A stretch of DNA of 64,000 nucleotides from contig JBGPGO010000015.1 of the NCBI GenBank assembly GCA_041483895.1, forward strand, positions 1 to 64,000, read 5' to 3'. Made by a program: the position numbers and the translations under genes. Below are positions 1 to 8,338 of this stretch, piece after piece; position 1 is the first letter of the stretch, and each line of letters begins with the position of its first letter. Below the pieces are notes generated by a model, which saw only the letters and a list, made by a program, of their open reading frames with translations, searched no databases and was not told where the DNA came from. Source of the stretch: Fimbriimonadia bacterium. Lineage in GTDB: Bacteria > Armatimonadota > Fimbriimonadia > Fimbriimonadales > JABRVX01.

Positions 1-302
1 AGGGTGACTAATCTACAGAGCAGCCTCCAAAAGGGGCTTAGCCGCGGGACAGACTCTCCCCCCGCCTTGCCTTACTGAGCCAATCCAGACCCATGTATTT
101 TTCTTTACTGGATCTGATACCCCATAAGATACAAGCCGCGGGTCCTCATTCTGAATCGCGATCGAATCGATGACCACAAGAACCGCGTGGGAGGAGTGTA
201 ATTGTCGATATCCATCCGTTTCGTAATTTCCACCGTGGTCCAACGCAGGTTTTGTTCGTGGCGATTCATACAGGGTATCAGAACGAGAACCTGCGGCTAC
301 CA

Positions 303-350
303 TCATTCCTGTACGGTGTCGTGGAGATGGGCAGATGGATCATGCTTCAT
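303..350 (-). pseudogene. Possible 15-codon remnant of a HepT/DUF86 (HEPN) toxin
   Basis: The ATG overlaps the end of the MNT gene; reads [15 protein letters not shown] then TGA, resembling DUF86 N-termini in position and sequence. Confidence 0.35.
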
Positions 351-651
351 AGATTAGTTTTGCAGAGCTTTGAGCTGACCGCATGAAGAACGGATTTTTC
401 GAAGCAGTTAGGTCAACCAAATCAACTTGACGCCCGAGCAGCTCTTCCAAATCCTCTTTGAAACCGAAAAACTGATCTGCTGGGCCATACACTGTCGACG
501 TGTCGAACATAACAAGAAAGTCGTAGTCGCTCTTGTCCACATCGAAATCGCCCGTGGCCGCCGATCCAAATAGACAGAGTCTGCGAACCGAGTACTTGCG
601 GCACAAATCCACGATCTTGGCCTCAGCAAGAGAATCAATGGCCGTCTTCAT
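340..651 (-). CDS. Minimal nucleotidyltransferase (MNT/MntA-like antitoxin)
   Basis: [17 protein letters not shown] motif and [15 protein letters not shown] overlaps the glyA stop. Confidence 0.85.
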   Translation of the reverse strand: MKTAIDSLAEAKIVDLCRKYSVRRLCLFGSAATGDFDVDKSDYDFLVMFDTSTVYGPADQFFGFKEDLEELLGRQVDLVDLTASKNPFFMRSAQSSAKLIYEA

Positions 652-1913
652 GCTACCTCGTGAATCGGGAACCGGTCGGTGAGCGTCTTGACATCCGCGG
701 GAACATCGCCGACGCCGCGGAGGCCGCGGGCGATGAGGGATGCGATCTCGGCCATCTCGCTCTCCTGCATCCCGCGCGATGTGACCGCCGGAGTGCCGAC
801 GCGGATGCCAGAGGCGACAAACGGCTTCTGCGTATCGAATGGGATCATGTTCCGATTGGTGGTAATCCCGACCAAATCCAAGGTCTCCTGCGCCTGCTTG
901 CCCGTGCAATCAAACGAGGTCACATCCGCCAGCGCTAGGTGGCTATCCGTCCCGTCGGCGATGATCCGAAAACCTTCGGAAGCCATCGCAGCCGCCAGCG
1001 CCTGCGCGTTCAGCCGCACCTGCCGCTGGTAGGTCTTGAACGACGGATCCAATGCCTCTTTAAACGCCACGGCTTTGGCAGAAATGCAGTGCATCAGCGG
1101 CCCTCCCTGGATGCCGGGAAAGACCATCTTGTTGATCGCAGGCAGCCACTCTTCGGTCGTCAAGATAATCCCACCCCGCGGACCCCGCAACGTCTTGTGA
1201 GTCGTTGAAGTGACGAAATGGCAGTGCGGAACCGGCGACGGATACTCGCCCGCCGCTATCAGCCCCGCCGGATGCGCCATGTCGCACATCAGCAGCGCCC
1301 CCGCCTCGTCCGCAATCTGCCGCATCGTCGCAAAATCAATGACGCGCGGATAGACCGTCGCCCCGCACACGATCAGTTTCGGCCTTTCTCGTAACGCCAC
1401 CTCGCGCAACTGATCGTAATCGATCAGCTCCGTATCCTTTCGCACGCCATACGAAACCACATGATAGAAGATTCCGCTGAAGTTGACCGGACTTCCGTGC
1501 GTCAGGTGCCCGCCATGCGCCAGGTCCATCGCCATCAGCGTGTCGCCCGGCTTCATCACCGCGAAGTAAACCGCCATATTGGCCTGCGCGCCGCAGTGGG
1601 GCTGCACGTTCGCCGCCTCCGCCCCAAAGAGCTGCTTCACGCGGTCTATCGCAAGTCTCTCCACGATGTCCATGTTCTCGCAGCCGCCATAGTATCGCCG
1701 GCCGGGATAGCCCTCCGCATACTTATCCGTCATCACGGAGCCCAGCGCCTCCAGCACAGCTCGGCTGGCGACGTTCTCGCTTGCGATCAGCTCCAGGTTG
1801 TTCTGCTGCCGCCGCTTCTCCGACTCGATCGCGCCGAATACCTCTGGATCAACCTCGGACAGATGCGCCGTTCGATGCCTGGCAACGTCCGGCGTGGCCC
1901 AGTTCACGGGCAC
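648..1913 (-). CDS. glyA: Serine hydroxymethyltransferase
   Basis: [27 protein letters not shown] and [12 protein letters not shown] (PLP lysine) motifs. Confidence 0.98.
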   Translation of the reverse strand: MPVNWATPDVARHRTAHLSEVDPEVFGAIESEKRRQQNNLELIASENVASRAVLEALGSVMTDKYAEGYPGRRYYGGCENMDIVERLAIDRVKQLFGAEAANVQPHCGAQANMAVYFAVMKPGDTLMAMDLAHGGHLTHGSPVNFSGIFYHVVSYGVRKDTELIDYDQLREVALRERPKLIVCGATVYPRVIDFATMRQIADEAGALLMCDMAHPAGLIAAGEYPSPVPHCHFVTSTTHKTLRGPRGGIILTTEEWLPAINKMVFPGIQGGPLMHCISAKAVAFKEALDPSFKTYQRQVRLNAQALAAAMASEGFRIIADGTDSHLALADVTSFDCTGKQAQETLDLVGITTNRNMIPFDTQKPFVASGIRVGTPAVTSRGMQESEMAEIASLIARGLRGVGDVPADVKTLTDRFPIHEVA

Positions 1914-2350
1914 TTCTCCATCTCCGCGATCTTCTCCACTCGGCGGATATGCCTCTCCTCGCCGGAAAAGGTCGTTTCAAGAAATTTCTCCGTCAATTCC
2001 AGGGCGAAGTGAGTGTCGGTCGTGCCCTGGCCCAAACACAGCACGTTCGCGTCGTTGTGGCTGCGCATCAGAAAAGCCTCGTCCAGCGTCGCGGGATGCG
2101 CGGCACGGATCCCCCGAATCTTGTTGGCGGCAATGCACATCCCGGCGCCGGAGTAGCAAACCAGGATGCCCAGATCGGCCTTGCCTTGGTTGACGAGTTC
2201 GCCCACCTTTTCGGCGTAGTCGGGATAGTCGGTCGAGTCGGAGTTGTCGGTCCCCACGTCGACGATATCGAACCCGTGGCCACCCAACCACTCCACCACT
2301 TTGTTCTTTAGCTGCAATCCGGCATGGTCATTGCCGACGGCGATCTTCAT
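1904..2350 (-). CDS. rpiB: Ribose-5-phosphate isomerase B
   Basis: [38 protein letters not shown] and ERHIRRV motifs; typical position upstream of glyA. Confidence 0.96.
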   Translation of the reverse strand: MKIAVGNDHAGLQLKNKVVEWLGGHGFDIVDVGTDNSDSTDYPDYAEKVGELVNQGKADLGILVCYSGAGMCIAANKIRGIRAAHPATLDEAFLMRSHNDANVLCLGQGTTDTHFALELTEKFLETTFSGEERHIRRVEKIAEMEKCP

Positions 2351-2447
2351 GCTGTGATTATACCGGTGGCGGGGTCCCCCGATGTGCCGGGGGCCTTGCT
2401 TGCCACAACGAACCGAATTGCAACGCCGAGAGACACGAGCACCTCGG

Positions 2448-2510
2448 TTGTGCCGGGGTCCTCGCGTGGCGCAACTGTCCGAATGCCAAAACTCAAAGAC
2501 CCCGGCACAA
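2448..2510. repeat. Perfect 13-bp inverted repeat TTGTGCCGGGGTC / GACCCCGGCACAA
   Basis: Arms at 2448-2460 and 2498-2510; related arms near 2364 and 2383. Confidence 0.7.
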
Positions 2511-2545
2511 AGGCAAACGACACACCCACGTGGAACAGAGTAGGT

Positions 2546-2962
2546 GTGGAAAACGCGGGCAAACTGAGCCGGTCCGAAGCTGCCGCGGCGCTGGGAGTGA
2601 CGCCGAAAACCCTCTACATCTGGGAGCGGGCGGGCAAAATCGCCCCGCCGGAGCGGGATTGGCGCGGCTGGCGATGGTACTCCCTGTCGGAGGTGCAGCG
2701 CATCCGGGAGGAGATGGTAGGCGTCGAGCCGTCGGAGCCTGTCCTGCCGATGGCCCTCGCCATCAGCGCCCGAAATCAGTTCAAAGGGACAGTGAAGTCG
2801 ATTACCGGCGAGGCGGTGCTCGTCGAGGTCGTCTTGCGGTTGGAGGGCGGGCAAGAACTGGTGGCGGTCGTCACTCGCTCCTCCGTCCGGCGCCTCGGTC
2901 TCCGCGTCGGCGGCACAGCCGTGGCATACATCAAATCAACGGATGTGATGGTGGGGAGTTGA
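2546..2962 (+). CDS. MerR/excisionase-type HTH + TOBE (molybdate-binding) regulator
   Basis: EAAAALGVTPKTLYIWE HTH followed by ISARNQFKGTV..AYIKSTDVMV TOBE/Mop domain; start uncertain (GTG 2546 or ATG 2483). Confidence 0.85.
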   Translation: MENAGKLSRSEAAAALGVTPKTLYIWERAGKIAPPERDWRGWRWYSLSEVQRIREEMVGVEPSEPVLPMALAISARNQFKGTVKSITGEAVLVEVVLRLEGGQELVAVVTRSSVRRLGLRVGGTAVAYIKSTDVMVGS

Positions 2963-2963
2963 C

Positions 2964-3266
2964 TTAGGGCTGCTTGACGGCCGGCTCGACCTCCACCAGG
3001 ACCGGTTGACGCAGCCAGCAGTGATCGGAGGACATTTGATACGCATCTGCGCCGATCCGCTCGACCAGGTTCCGCCGAACCAACTCATCGATTTGGTCGA
3101 TAAGTTGCTCTGCGTCGAAGAAAAACACAGTTCGACCCTCACCCTCGGATAGCAGAGCGAGCAGATCTAATGCTCCTTCGGTGTCTTCGGGGAAAAATGG
3201 CACCTGGGCCCCACCCTTAACACGTTTGAGGATCGTCTGTTGAAAGGGCGTCAGGTTGCTTTTCAT
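2964..3266 (-). CDS. Hypothetical protein, possibly winged-helix
   Basis: Open frame; IDELVRRNLVERIG resembles a wHTH wing; start uncertain. Confidence 0.55.
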   Translation of the reverse strand: MKSNLTPFQQTILKRVKGGAQVPFFPEDTEGALDLLALLSEGEGRTVFFFDAEQLIDQIDELVRRNLVERIGADAYQMSSDHCWLRQPVLVEVEPAVKQP

Positions 3267-3441
3267 ATCATGCCAAAGCGTGGGAAACAGATCGCGTACG
3301 GGCCGGTTATTGTAAGCCAAAAGGTCATCACCGCTCCTCGTCGTTGGATGGACGGTATGTTACCGTCATACGTAGATACGTAAGTTATCCGGCTTCGTTT
3401 CGGATTCTCTCGCCGCCGACAGAACTTCTGGTCGCCGCACG

Positions 3442-3858
3442 TCATGGACGGCCTCCTGCAAACGGAATCATGCAACACATCATCCCGCCAAAGACTAGCG
3501 TCCAAAGAGCATAGGTGAACAGAGGATAGCAAACGACCGCTATAATGAACGTCGCCGTCCCGTTGCTTGCCCAATCAACCAGCTCTTCACGGTACTTGGG
3601 CACCAGCGCGATGATGAGACCGCCGAGAAGAACTCCCAATCCGTAGGCAAACAGAACAAGATGCCACCGCGGCACCGCCGCTTGATAGGGATACCCTGGA
3701 CTGTAGAGCTGCGTTGGAGGTGGTGGCGCCGTTGCTGGTGGCGGCGACGTGAATGGTGTTCGGAAGACGTGGCCGCACCGCGCGCACGTTGAAGCCGCCA
3801 CTGCCGTAGGGGTCTGACAGGCGGGACAGACTTTATAGTGCTGGGTGGGTGCGCTCAT
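3442..3858 (-). CDS. Zinc-ribbon membrane protein (ZnR-1)
   Basis: CPAC..CARC, Pro-rich linker, two hydrophobic segments; GAAGGAAG RBS-like site. Confidence 0.8.
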   Translation of the reverse strand: MSAPTQHYKVCPACQTPTAVAASTCARCGHVFRTPFTSPPPATAPPPPTQLYSPGYPYQAAVPRWHLVLFAYGLGVLLGGLIIALVPKYREELVDWASNGTATFIIAVVCYPLFTYALWTLVFGGMMCCMIPFAGGRP

Positions 3859-3882
3859 CGGTGCATGCCAACTTCCTTCGTT

Positions 3883-4287
3883 TTAAATGGTTGGACCGGT
3901 TGCCGGCTTCTCGGCGAGGAGTAGGAATAATAAGGCGGCCAGTCCGACAATTCCGCTTCCAATGCAGAAACTGGTACGCTGATTCATCAAGCCCAAGTTG
4001 ACGACTCTTCCAATGGCCGCGCTCCCCTCCACATAAATATCGAATATGAACAGGTAGTAAAATAGCGTGGCAGTGGACAGGAGTAACAGTCCAAACGCGA
4101 TGTTGTAACCGAATTCAAAACTCTTCGCGGCAATTTGGGCCGGCGTCGGGGCCACTTTTGGGGTCGGGGGGCTGGGCAGCGGAAACGGCTTATTCATCGG
4201 GAATCCGCAACCGCCGCAATTTGTCGCGGCGGGGATGTTGGCCCGATTGCATCTAGGGCAAGGCTTCATTTGGATTACCTGGGCCAT
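3883..4287 (-). CDS. Zinc-ribbon membrane protein (ZnR-2)
   Basis: CPRC..CGGC, Pro-rich linker, two TM segments around NLGLMNQRT; AGGAGG RBS. Confidence 0.85.
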   Translation of the reverse strand: MAQVIQMKPCPRCNRANIPAATNCGGCGFPMNKPFPLPSPPTPKVAPTPAQIAAKSFEFGYNIAFGLLLLSTATLFYYLFIFDIYVEGSAAIGRVVNLGLMNQRTSFCIGSGIVGLAALLFLLLAEKPATGPTI

Positions 4288-4466
4288 TTGCTATGCCTCC
4301 TATTCTCGCTCCTTCGTCATCGTTATTCGAATTGCCACCCCGACGATTTCCGCTCCCGAAACCGAATGCTCTTGCGACGCCAGCGTCTAATTGGTACCAC
4401 TTGTTTTGTCCAACTTCCTAATAGACCATTGTATCACCAATTGCAACTTTTAGGAAAGGCAAATCT

Positions 4467-4543
4467 TGGCAGCGAGGGTGAGATTCGAACTCACGAACTG
4501 ACGGGTATGAACCGTCCGCTCTAACCAACTAAGCTACCTCGCC
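4467..4543 (-). tRNA. tRNA-Met(CAT), second copy with two substitutions
   Basis: Full 77-nt cloverleaf ending in CCA; differs from 6154-6230 at the discriminator (G vs A) and at one variable-loop base. Confidence 0.88.
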
Positions 4544-4559
4544 ACAACTTACCTGCTTA

Positions 4560-4584
4560 CCCTTCACAGTGCGACTGTGAAGGG
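4560..4584. repeat. REP-like palindrome CCCTTCACAGT-GCG-ACTGTGAAGGG
   Basis: Perfect stem with 3-nt loop; recurs at 59828, 62108 and 62938. Confidence 0.9.
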
Positions 4585-4604
4585 ATATTCGTAGTTGGAC
4601 TAGC

Positions 4605-5093
4605 CTAACTACTCCGTTCTGGTTTTTTCGCCAGCAATAGGTACAAGAGGGATCCCAACCCAACAAATCCGCTTGCCACGACCCAAGTCGTCCGCTGATT
4701 CATGAGTTCCAAATTCGCTACCGTTAGACCAGCGATGCCGGTTTTGACGCCAACATTGAATATGAAAAGGAAATAAATGATTGCGGTAATTGCACATACA
4801 AGTAAAGTCGAAGCGATCGCGTTCGGCGTGTCAAAGGTGCTCTGCGGTAGATCGTCTGGCAAGCCCACGGGCGCGTAGTCAATCGGGAACGGCGGATCCG
4901 AGGAAAGCCAAAGGCCGCAGAATGTGCAGTAGTCCGAAGACGCAATCAGTCTTCGGCCGCACTTTGGGCAATTCTCCTTGTCGGTATTCGCTGACTCGGA
5001 GAATGGCGCACCGCAAACTGAGCACGCAACAGCATTGGAAAGGGATTTACCTTGACATTTCTGGCAAACGCGAGACGCTTCATCACCCAGCAT
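4605..5093 (-). CDS. Double zinc-ribbon membrane protein (ZnR-3), paralog of ZnR-2
   Basis: Four CxxC pairs; C-terminal YFLFIF..NLELMNQRT..LLLAKKP aligns with ZnR-2; TATACT 7 nt before the ATG. Confidence 0.85.
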   Translation of the reverse strand: MLGDEASRVCQKCQGKSLSNAVACSVCGAPFSESANTDKENCPKCGRRLIASSDYCTFCGLWLSSDPPFPIDYAPVGLPDDLPQSTFDTPNAIASTLLVCAITAIIYFLFIFNVGVKTGIAGLTVANLELMNQRTTWVVASGFVGLGSLLYLLLAKKPERSS

Positions 5094-5162
5094 AACAAAA
5101 AGTATACACCGCAATGGTAGATGCCGACTAATCCACACCGGACTTCGAAGGCCGGAAATATT

Positions 5163-5216
5163 TGGTAGCGAGGGTGAGATTCGAACTCACGACCTGACGG
5201 GTATGAACCGTCCGCT
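5163..5216 (-). repeat. 54-bp exact duplicate of the 3' part of tRNA-Met (att-like direct repeat)
   Basis: Identical to 6154-6207; lacks the 5' acceptor strand and most of the D arm. Confidence 0.92.
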
Positions 5217-6153
5217 TCTTGAACGTAATAGGTACCAATCTAGCAAAGAATTGGCGCAATACCTCCTTTGGTGAGTTTTTTGGTAGACATCCGGCGGGGG
5301 GCCTAGAGACCTCTGGCGCGGGTGCCGGCGCTTCCACGACCGGTACTTGGGGGAGGACTAGTAGGCAACCTGCCATTGAGCGGTTTTGCTGTGATTGGAC
5401 TGGGTCGATAATACATGTCTTTCGGCTCGCTGTAAGTTCTTGGGGCCGGGGCCTCGTCGCCGGGGATTGGGATATGCTTCGGTTCCACGGATTGCATTTC
5501 AACCCATTCCTGGCCGTGCATATCCCGATCAAACCCCGCCGGATCGTCTATATGCGCCCAGGCGCGTCCCTCGTTGTCTGCCCATGGCGATCCGACAACG
5601 CGCCAGCCGTCGCCTTCGAGCGGATAGCCGTTGGCATAATGAGGCAACCGTCGAACATCGTGACGGCTCCAAGCCGAGCATCCAGCCCAAGCACCGACGA
5701 GGGCAAGCATTGCGCCCGCGCCGAGAATAAAGGCGCGGTTTCGCTGAAACAGCTTGCCAAAATCGGGCATGGGCCGCGCCGGAATAGTGGGCTGGGGAAT
5801 CATCAATGGCGCGGAGCACAGACTGCAAATCGGGGACCGGGAATCGTTCAGGGTCCTGCACTTTGGACAGCGGATGAAGCTTCCGGCTTGATTTGCTATG
5901 TTCACTGTAACTCCTTTGTCATTGTGGCGCGGATGGGGACGCCCACGATCTCCGTGCCGGATACCCAATGCCCGAGCGACACCGGCGTCTACTCGGTAGC
6001 ACTGATTTCGCCCATCGTCCGAATAAACCATTGTATCACTAATCGCAATCTTGTGTGGCTAGCGGCACCAGAGTCACGGAGATTCTACATGAGAAAGACG
6101 GTGTGGAGTTCGACGGCATGTCAACACTGTGGGCCGCGACGACCGGAGAATCA
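5217..6153. mobile_element. Degenerate mini-island between tRNA-Met and its 3' duplicate
   Basis: Bounded by direct repeats of the tRNA 3' end; tandem TTTGGT(G)AG repeats at 5267-5286 resemble integrase arm sites; no integrase gene present. Confidence 0.55.
5303..5905 (-). CDS. Zinc-ribbon single-pass membrane protein (ZnR-4)
   Basis: CPKC..CSLC, one TM segment, Pro-rich C-terminus; AAGGAG precedes GTG 5905 (frame open to ATG 6031). Confidence 0.75.
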   Translation of the reverse strand: MNIANQAGSFIRCPKCRTLNDSRSPICSLCSAPLMIPQPTIPARPMPDFGKLFQRNRAFILGAGAMLALVGAWAGCSAWSRHDVRRLPHYANGYPLEGDGWRVVGSPWADNEGRAWAHIDDPAGFDRDMHGQEWVEMQSVEPKHIPIPGDEAPAPRTYSEPKDMYYRPSPITAKPLNGRLPTSPPPSTGRGSAGTRARGL

Positions 6154-6230
6154 TGGTAGCGAGGGTGAGATTCGAACTCACGACCTGACGGGTATGAACC
6201 GTCCGCTCTAACCAACTAAGCTACCTCGCC
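6154..6230 (-). tRNA. tRNA-Met(CAT), elongator type
   Basis: GGCGAGG...ACGGTTCATACCCGT...TTCGAAT...CGCTACCA cloverleaf; TTGAAC-N18-CACAAT promoter-like site upstream. Confidence 0.96.
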
Positions 6231-6289
6231 ACGAGCCTCATTGTGCAATGAATGGGCCCGGTAGTTCAAGACCCTGGTAAACTCGACCC

Positions 6290-6736
6290 ATGCCGACAGG
6301 GAAAGTGCTCTCCGTACAAATCAAGACGGAACGCGGGAAGATGGAGTTCCGTCCGTTCGTCGAAGGGCTGGCAAACGGCGGGCTGCGGGACGACATCTAT
6401 CAGGGCCGGGAGGATCGGCAGGTTCTGCTCCTGTCGAAAGACACCCTGGACGCCCACGATCTGCGACCGGGAGACCTGAGGGAGCAGGTGACCGTCGACC
6501 TGCCGGACCTACAATCGCTTTCGCCGGGCACCAATCTCCGCATCGGCGCAACGATGGCGCGGATCATCCAAGATTGCGCGCCGTGCCTGCACATGGCGGA
6601 AACAGTTGGAACATCCGACCCCTCCGCGTGGGTCAAAGAGCTAATGGGCAGGCGCGGCATGTTCGTCACGATAACCACACCTGGGAGGATCTCCGTTGGA
6701 GACGATGTCGAAGTCATTGGAACCGATAGCGGCTGA
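6290..6736 (+). CDS. MOSC domain protein
   Basis: RQVLL, GDLREQVTVD, CAPCLHM and GRISVGD motifs. Confidence 0.85.
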   Translation: MPTGKVLSVQIKTERGKMEFRPFVEGLANGGLRDDIYQGREDRQVLLLSKDTLDAHDLRPGDLREQVTVDLPDLQSLSPGTNLRIGATMARIIQDCAPCLHMAETVGTSDPSAWVKELMGRRGMFVTITTPGRISVGDDVEVIGTDSG

Positions 6737-7064
6737 TCCGCCCGCCAAGCCAGCCGCGAAGCCGGTCCGGGAACCCAAAGCCTCGGATGTCGGCACTTCC
6801 CTGCTTGGGTTGCTCTGCTTCTTTAGCGGCGTCGGCCTCCTACTTTGGGTCTTCCTTGCCGGATACACCATGTACAACTCAACGCCGGAAGAACTGATCC
6901 GGGCGGGCGCCAGCGCCCTCGACGTAACGGCCCTGATCCAGTCCGCCGGGTTTGCGATCATTCGGATTCTGCTTCTGTTCCTCATGGCCCTCGCCGGGTC
7001 GCTGCTGGCGGGGAAAGGGGTGCAGCTTTACCACACGGCGCGGCACAAACCCGATCAACCCTGA
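6705..7064 (+). CDS. Small two-TM membrane protein
   Basis: Two hydrophobic helices; GGAG upstream of the ATG. Confidence 0.7.
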   Translation: MSKSLEPIAADPPAKPAAKPVREPKASDVGTSLLGLLCFFSGVGLLLWVFLAGYTMYNSTPEELIRAGASALDVTALIQSAGFAIIRILLLFLMALAGSLLAGKGVQLYHTARHKPDQP

Positions 7065-7147
7065 TTGGAGGGCGATGCTCCGTCATCGCCGTGCAGTTTC
7101 GGCTCCGATGGAACGGAGCCCTCCAGCGCCTCCGGTACAATGAACGC

Positions 7148-8329
7148 ATGAGAGACGTTGTGATTTTGTCCGGCGCGCGGACGCCGATTGGGAGTTTTCT
7201 GGGCAGCTTGAGCACCGTCCCCGCTCCGAAACTGGGCGCGACGGCGATCCGGGCCGCGTTGGGACGCGCGGGCGTAAAGCCGGAGCAGGTGGACGAGGTG
7301 TTCATGGGCTGCGTTCTGACCGCAGGGATCGGCCAAGCTCCCGCCCGGCAGGCCTCGATCGGGGCGGGCATCCCGAACAGCGCTCCTTGCACCACGGTCA
7401 ACAAAGTCTGCGGATCGGGCATGAAAACCATCATACAAGGCGCGCAGGCGATTAAGTGCGGCGACGCGGACATCGTTGTCGCGGGCGGAATGGAGAGCAT
7501 GTCGCTGACCCCGTACGCCCTTGACAAGGCCCGAAACGGATATCGGATGGGCAACGCGACGATGATCGATCTGATGGTGCACGACGGACTTTGGGATCCG
7601 TACAACGATTTTCACATGGGCGCCGCCGCCGATCTGTGTGCGCGGGAATGCAACGTACCGCGCGAGGCGCAGGACGAATTTTCCATCGAGAGTTTCCGCC
7701 GCGCGCAATCGGCCATCGCCGAGGGCCGCTTTAAGGATGAGATCGCTTCCGTTGAGATTCCGCAGAAGAAGGGCGAGCCGGTGATTGTGGACACGGACGA
7801 GGGACCCGGAAAAGCGCAATTCGACAAGATACCGACGTTGCGCCCGGCCTTCGATGCGAGCGGCTCCGTGACTGCCGGCAACGCGAGCTCCATCAACGAC
7901 GGGGCGGCGGCGGTCGTGCTCGCCGGAGCGGACACGGCGGAGAAGTTGGGATTGCGGCCGGTGGCGCGCATCGCCGGGTATGGCGGGCACGCGCAGGCCC
8001 CCGAGTGGTTCACCACTGCACCAATCGGCGCCATCGAAAATGCGCTCTCCCGCGCGGGCATGACCCTTTCTCAAATGGATCTGTTTGAAGTGAACGAGGC
8101 CTTCGCCGTGGTCGCTTTGGCCGTCGCCGGAAAACTGGGTATCGATCGCACGAAGCTGAACGTGAATGGTGGCGCGGTCGCTTTGGGACATCCGATTGGA
8201 GCGACCGGCACGCGATTGGTCGTAACGCTGATGAACGCGCTAAAGCAGCGAAACGGAAAGTACGGAATCGCGACCCCATGCATCGGCGGAGGCGAGGCGC
8301 TTGCGGTGATCGTGGAGAATCTGTCGTAG
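7148..8329 (+). CDS. atoB: Acetyl-CoA C-acetyltransferase (thiolase)
   Basis: RTPIG, NKVCGSG, EVNEAF, GHPIGATG and CIGGG motifs. Confidence 0.95.
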   Translation: MRDVVILSGARTPIGSFLGSLSTVPAPKLGATAIRAALGRAGVKPEQVDEVFMGCVLTAGIGQAPARQASIGAGIPNSAPCTTVNKVCGSGMKTIIQGAQAIKCGDADIVVAGGMESMSLTPYALDKARNGYRMGNATMIDLMVHDGLWDPYNDFHMGAAADLCARECNVPREAQDEFSIESFRRAQSAIAEGRFKDEIASVEIPQKKGEPVIVDTDEGPGKAQFDKIPTLRPAFDASGSVTAGNASSINDGAAAVVLAGADTAEKLGLRPVARIAGYGGHAQAPEWFTTAPIGAIENALSRAGMTLSQMDLFEVNEAFAVVALAVAGKLGIDRTKLNVNGGAVALGHPIGATGTRLVVTLMNALKQRNGKYGIATPCIGGGEALAVIVENLS

Positions 8330-8338
8330 CCTTCTCGG

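Noticed and set aside
13..306. 97-aa minus-strand ORF at the left edge
   Set aside because: No motif and may be a frameshifted fragment; cannot be supported without flanking sequence
5219..6211. 330-aa plus-strand ORF
   Set aside because: Antisense to ZnR-4 and runs into the tRNA; no recognisable motifs
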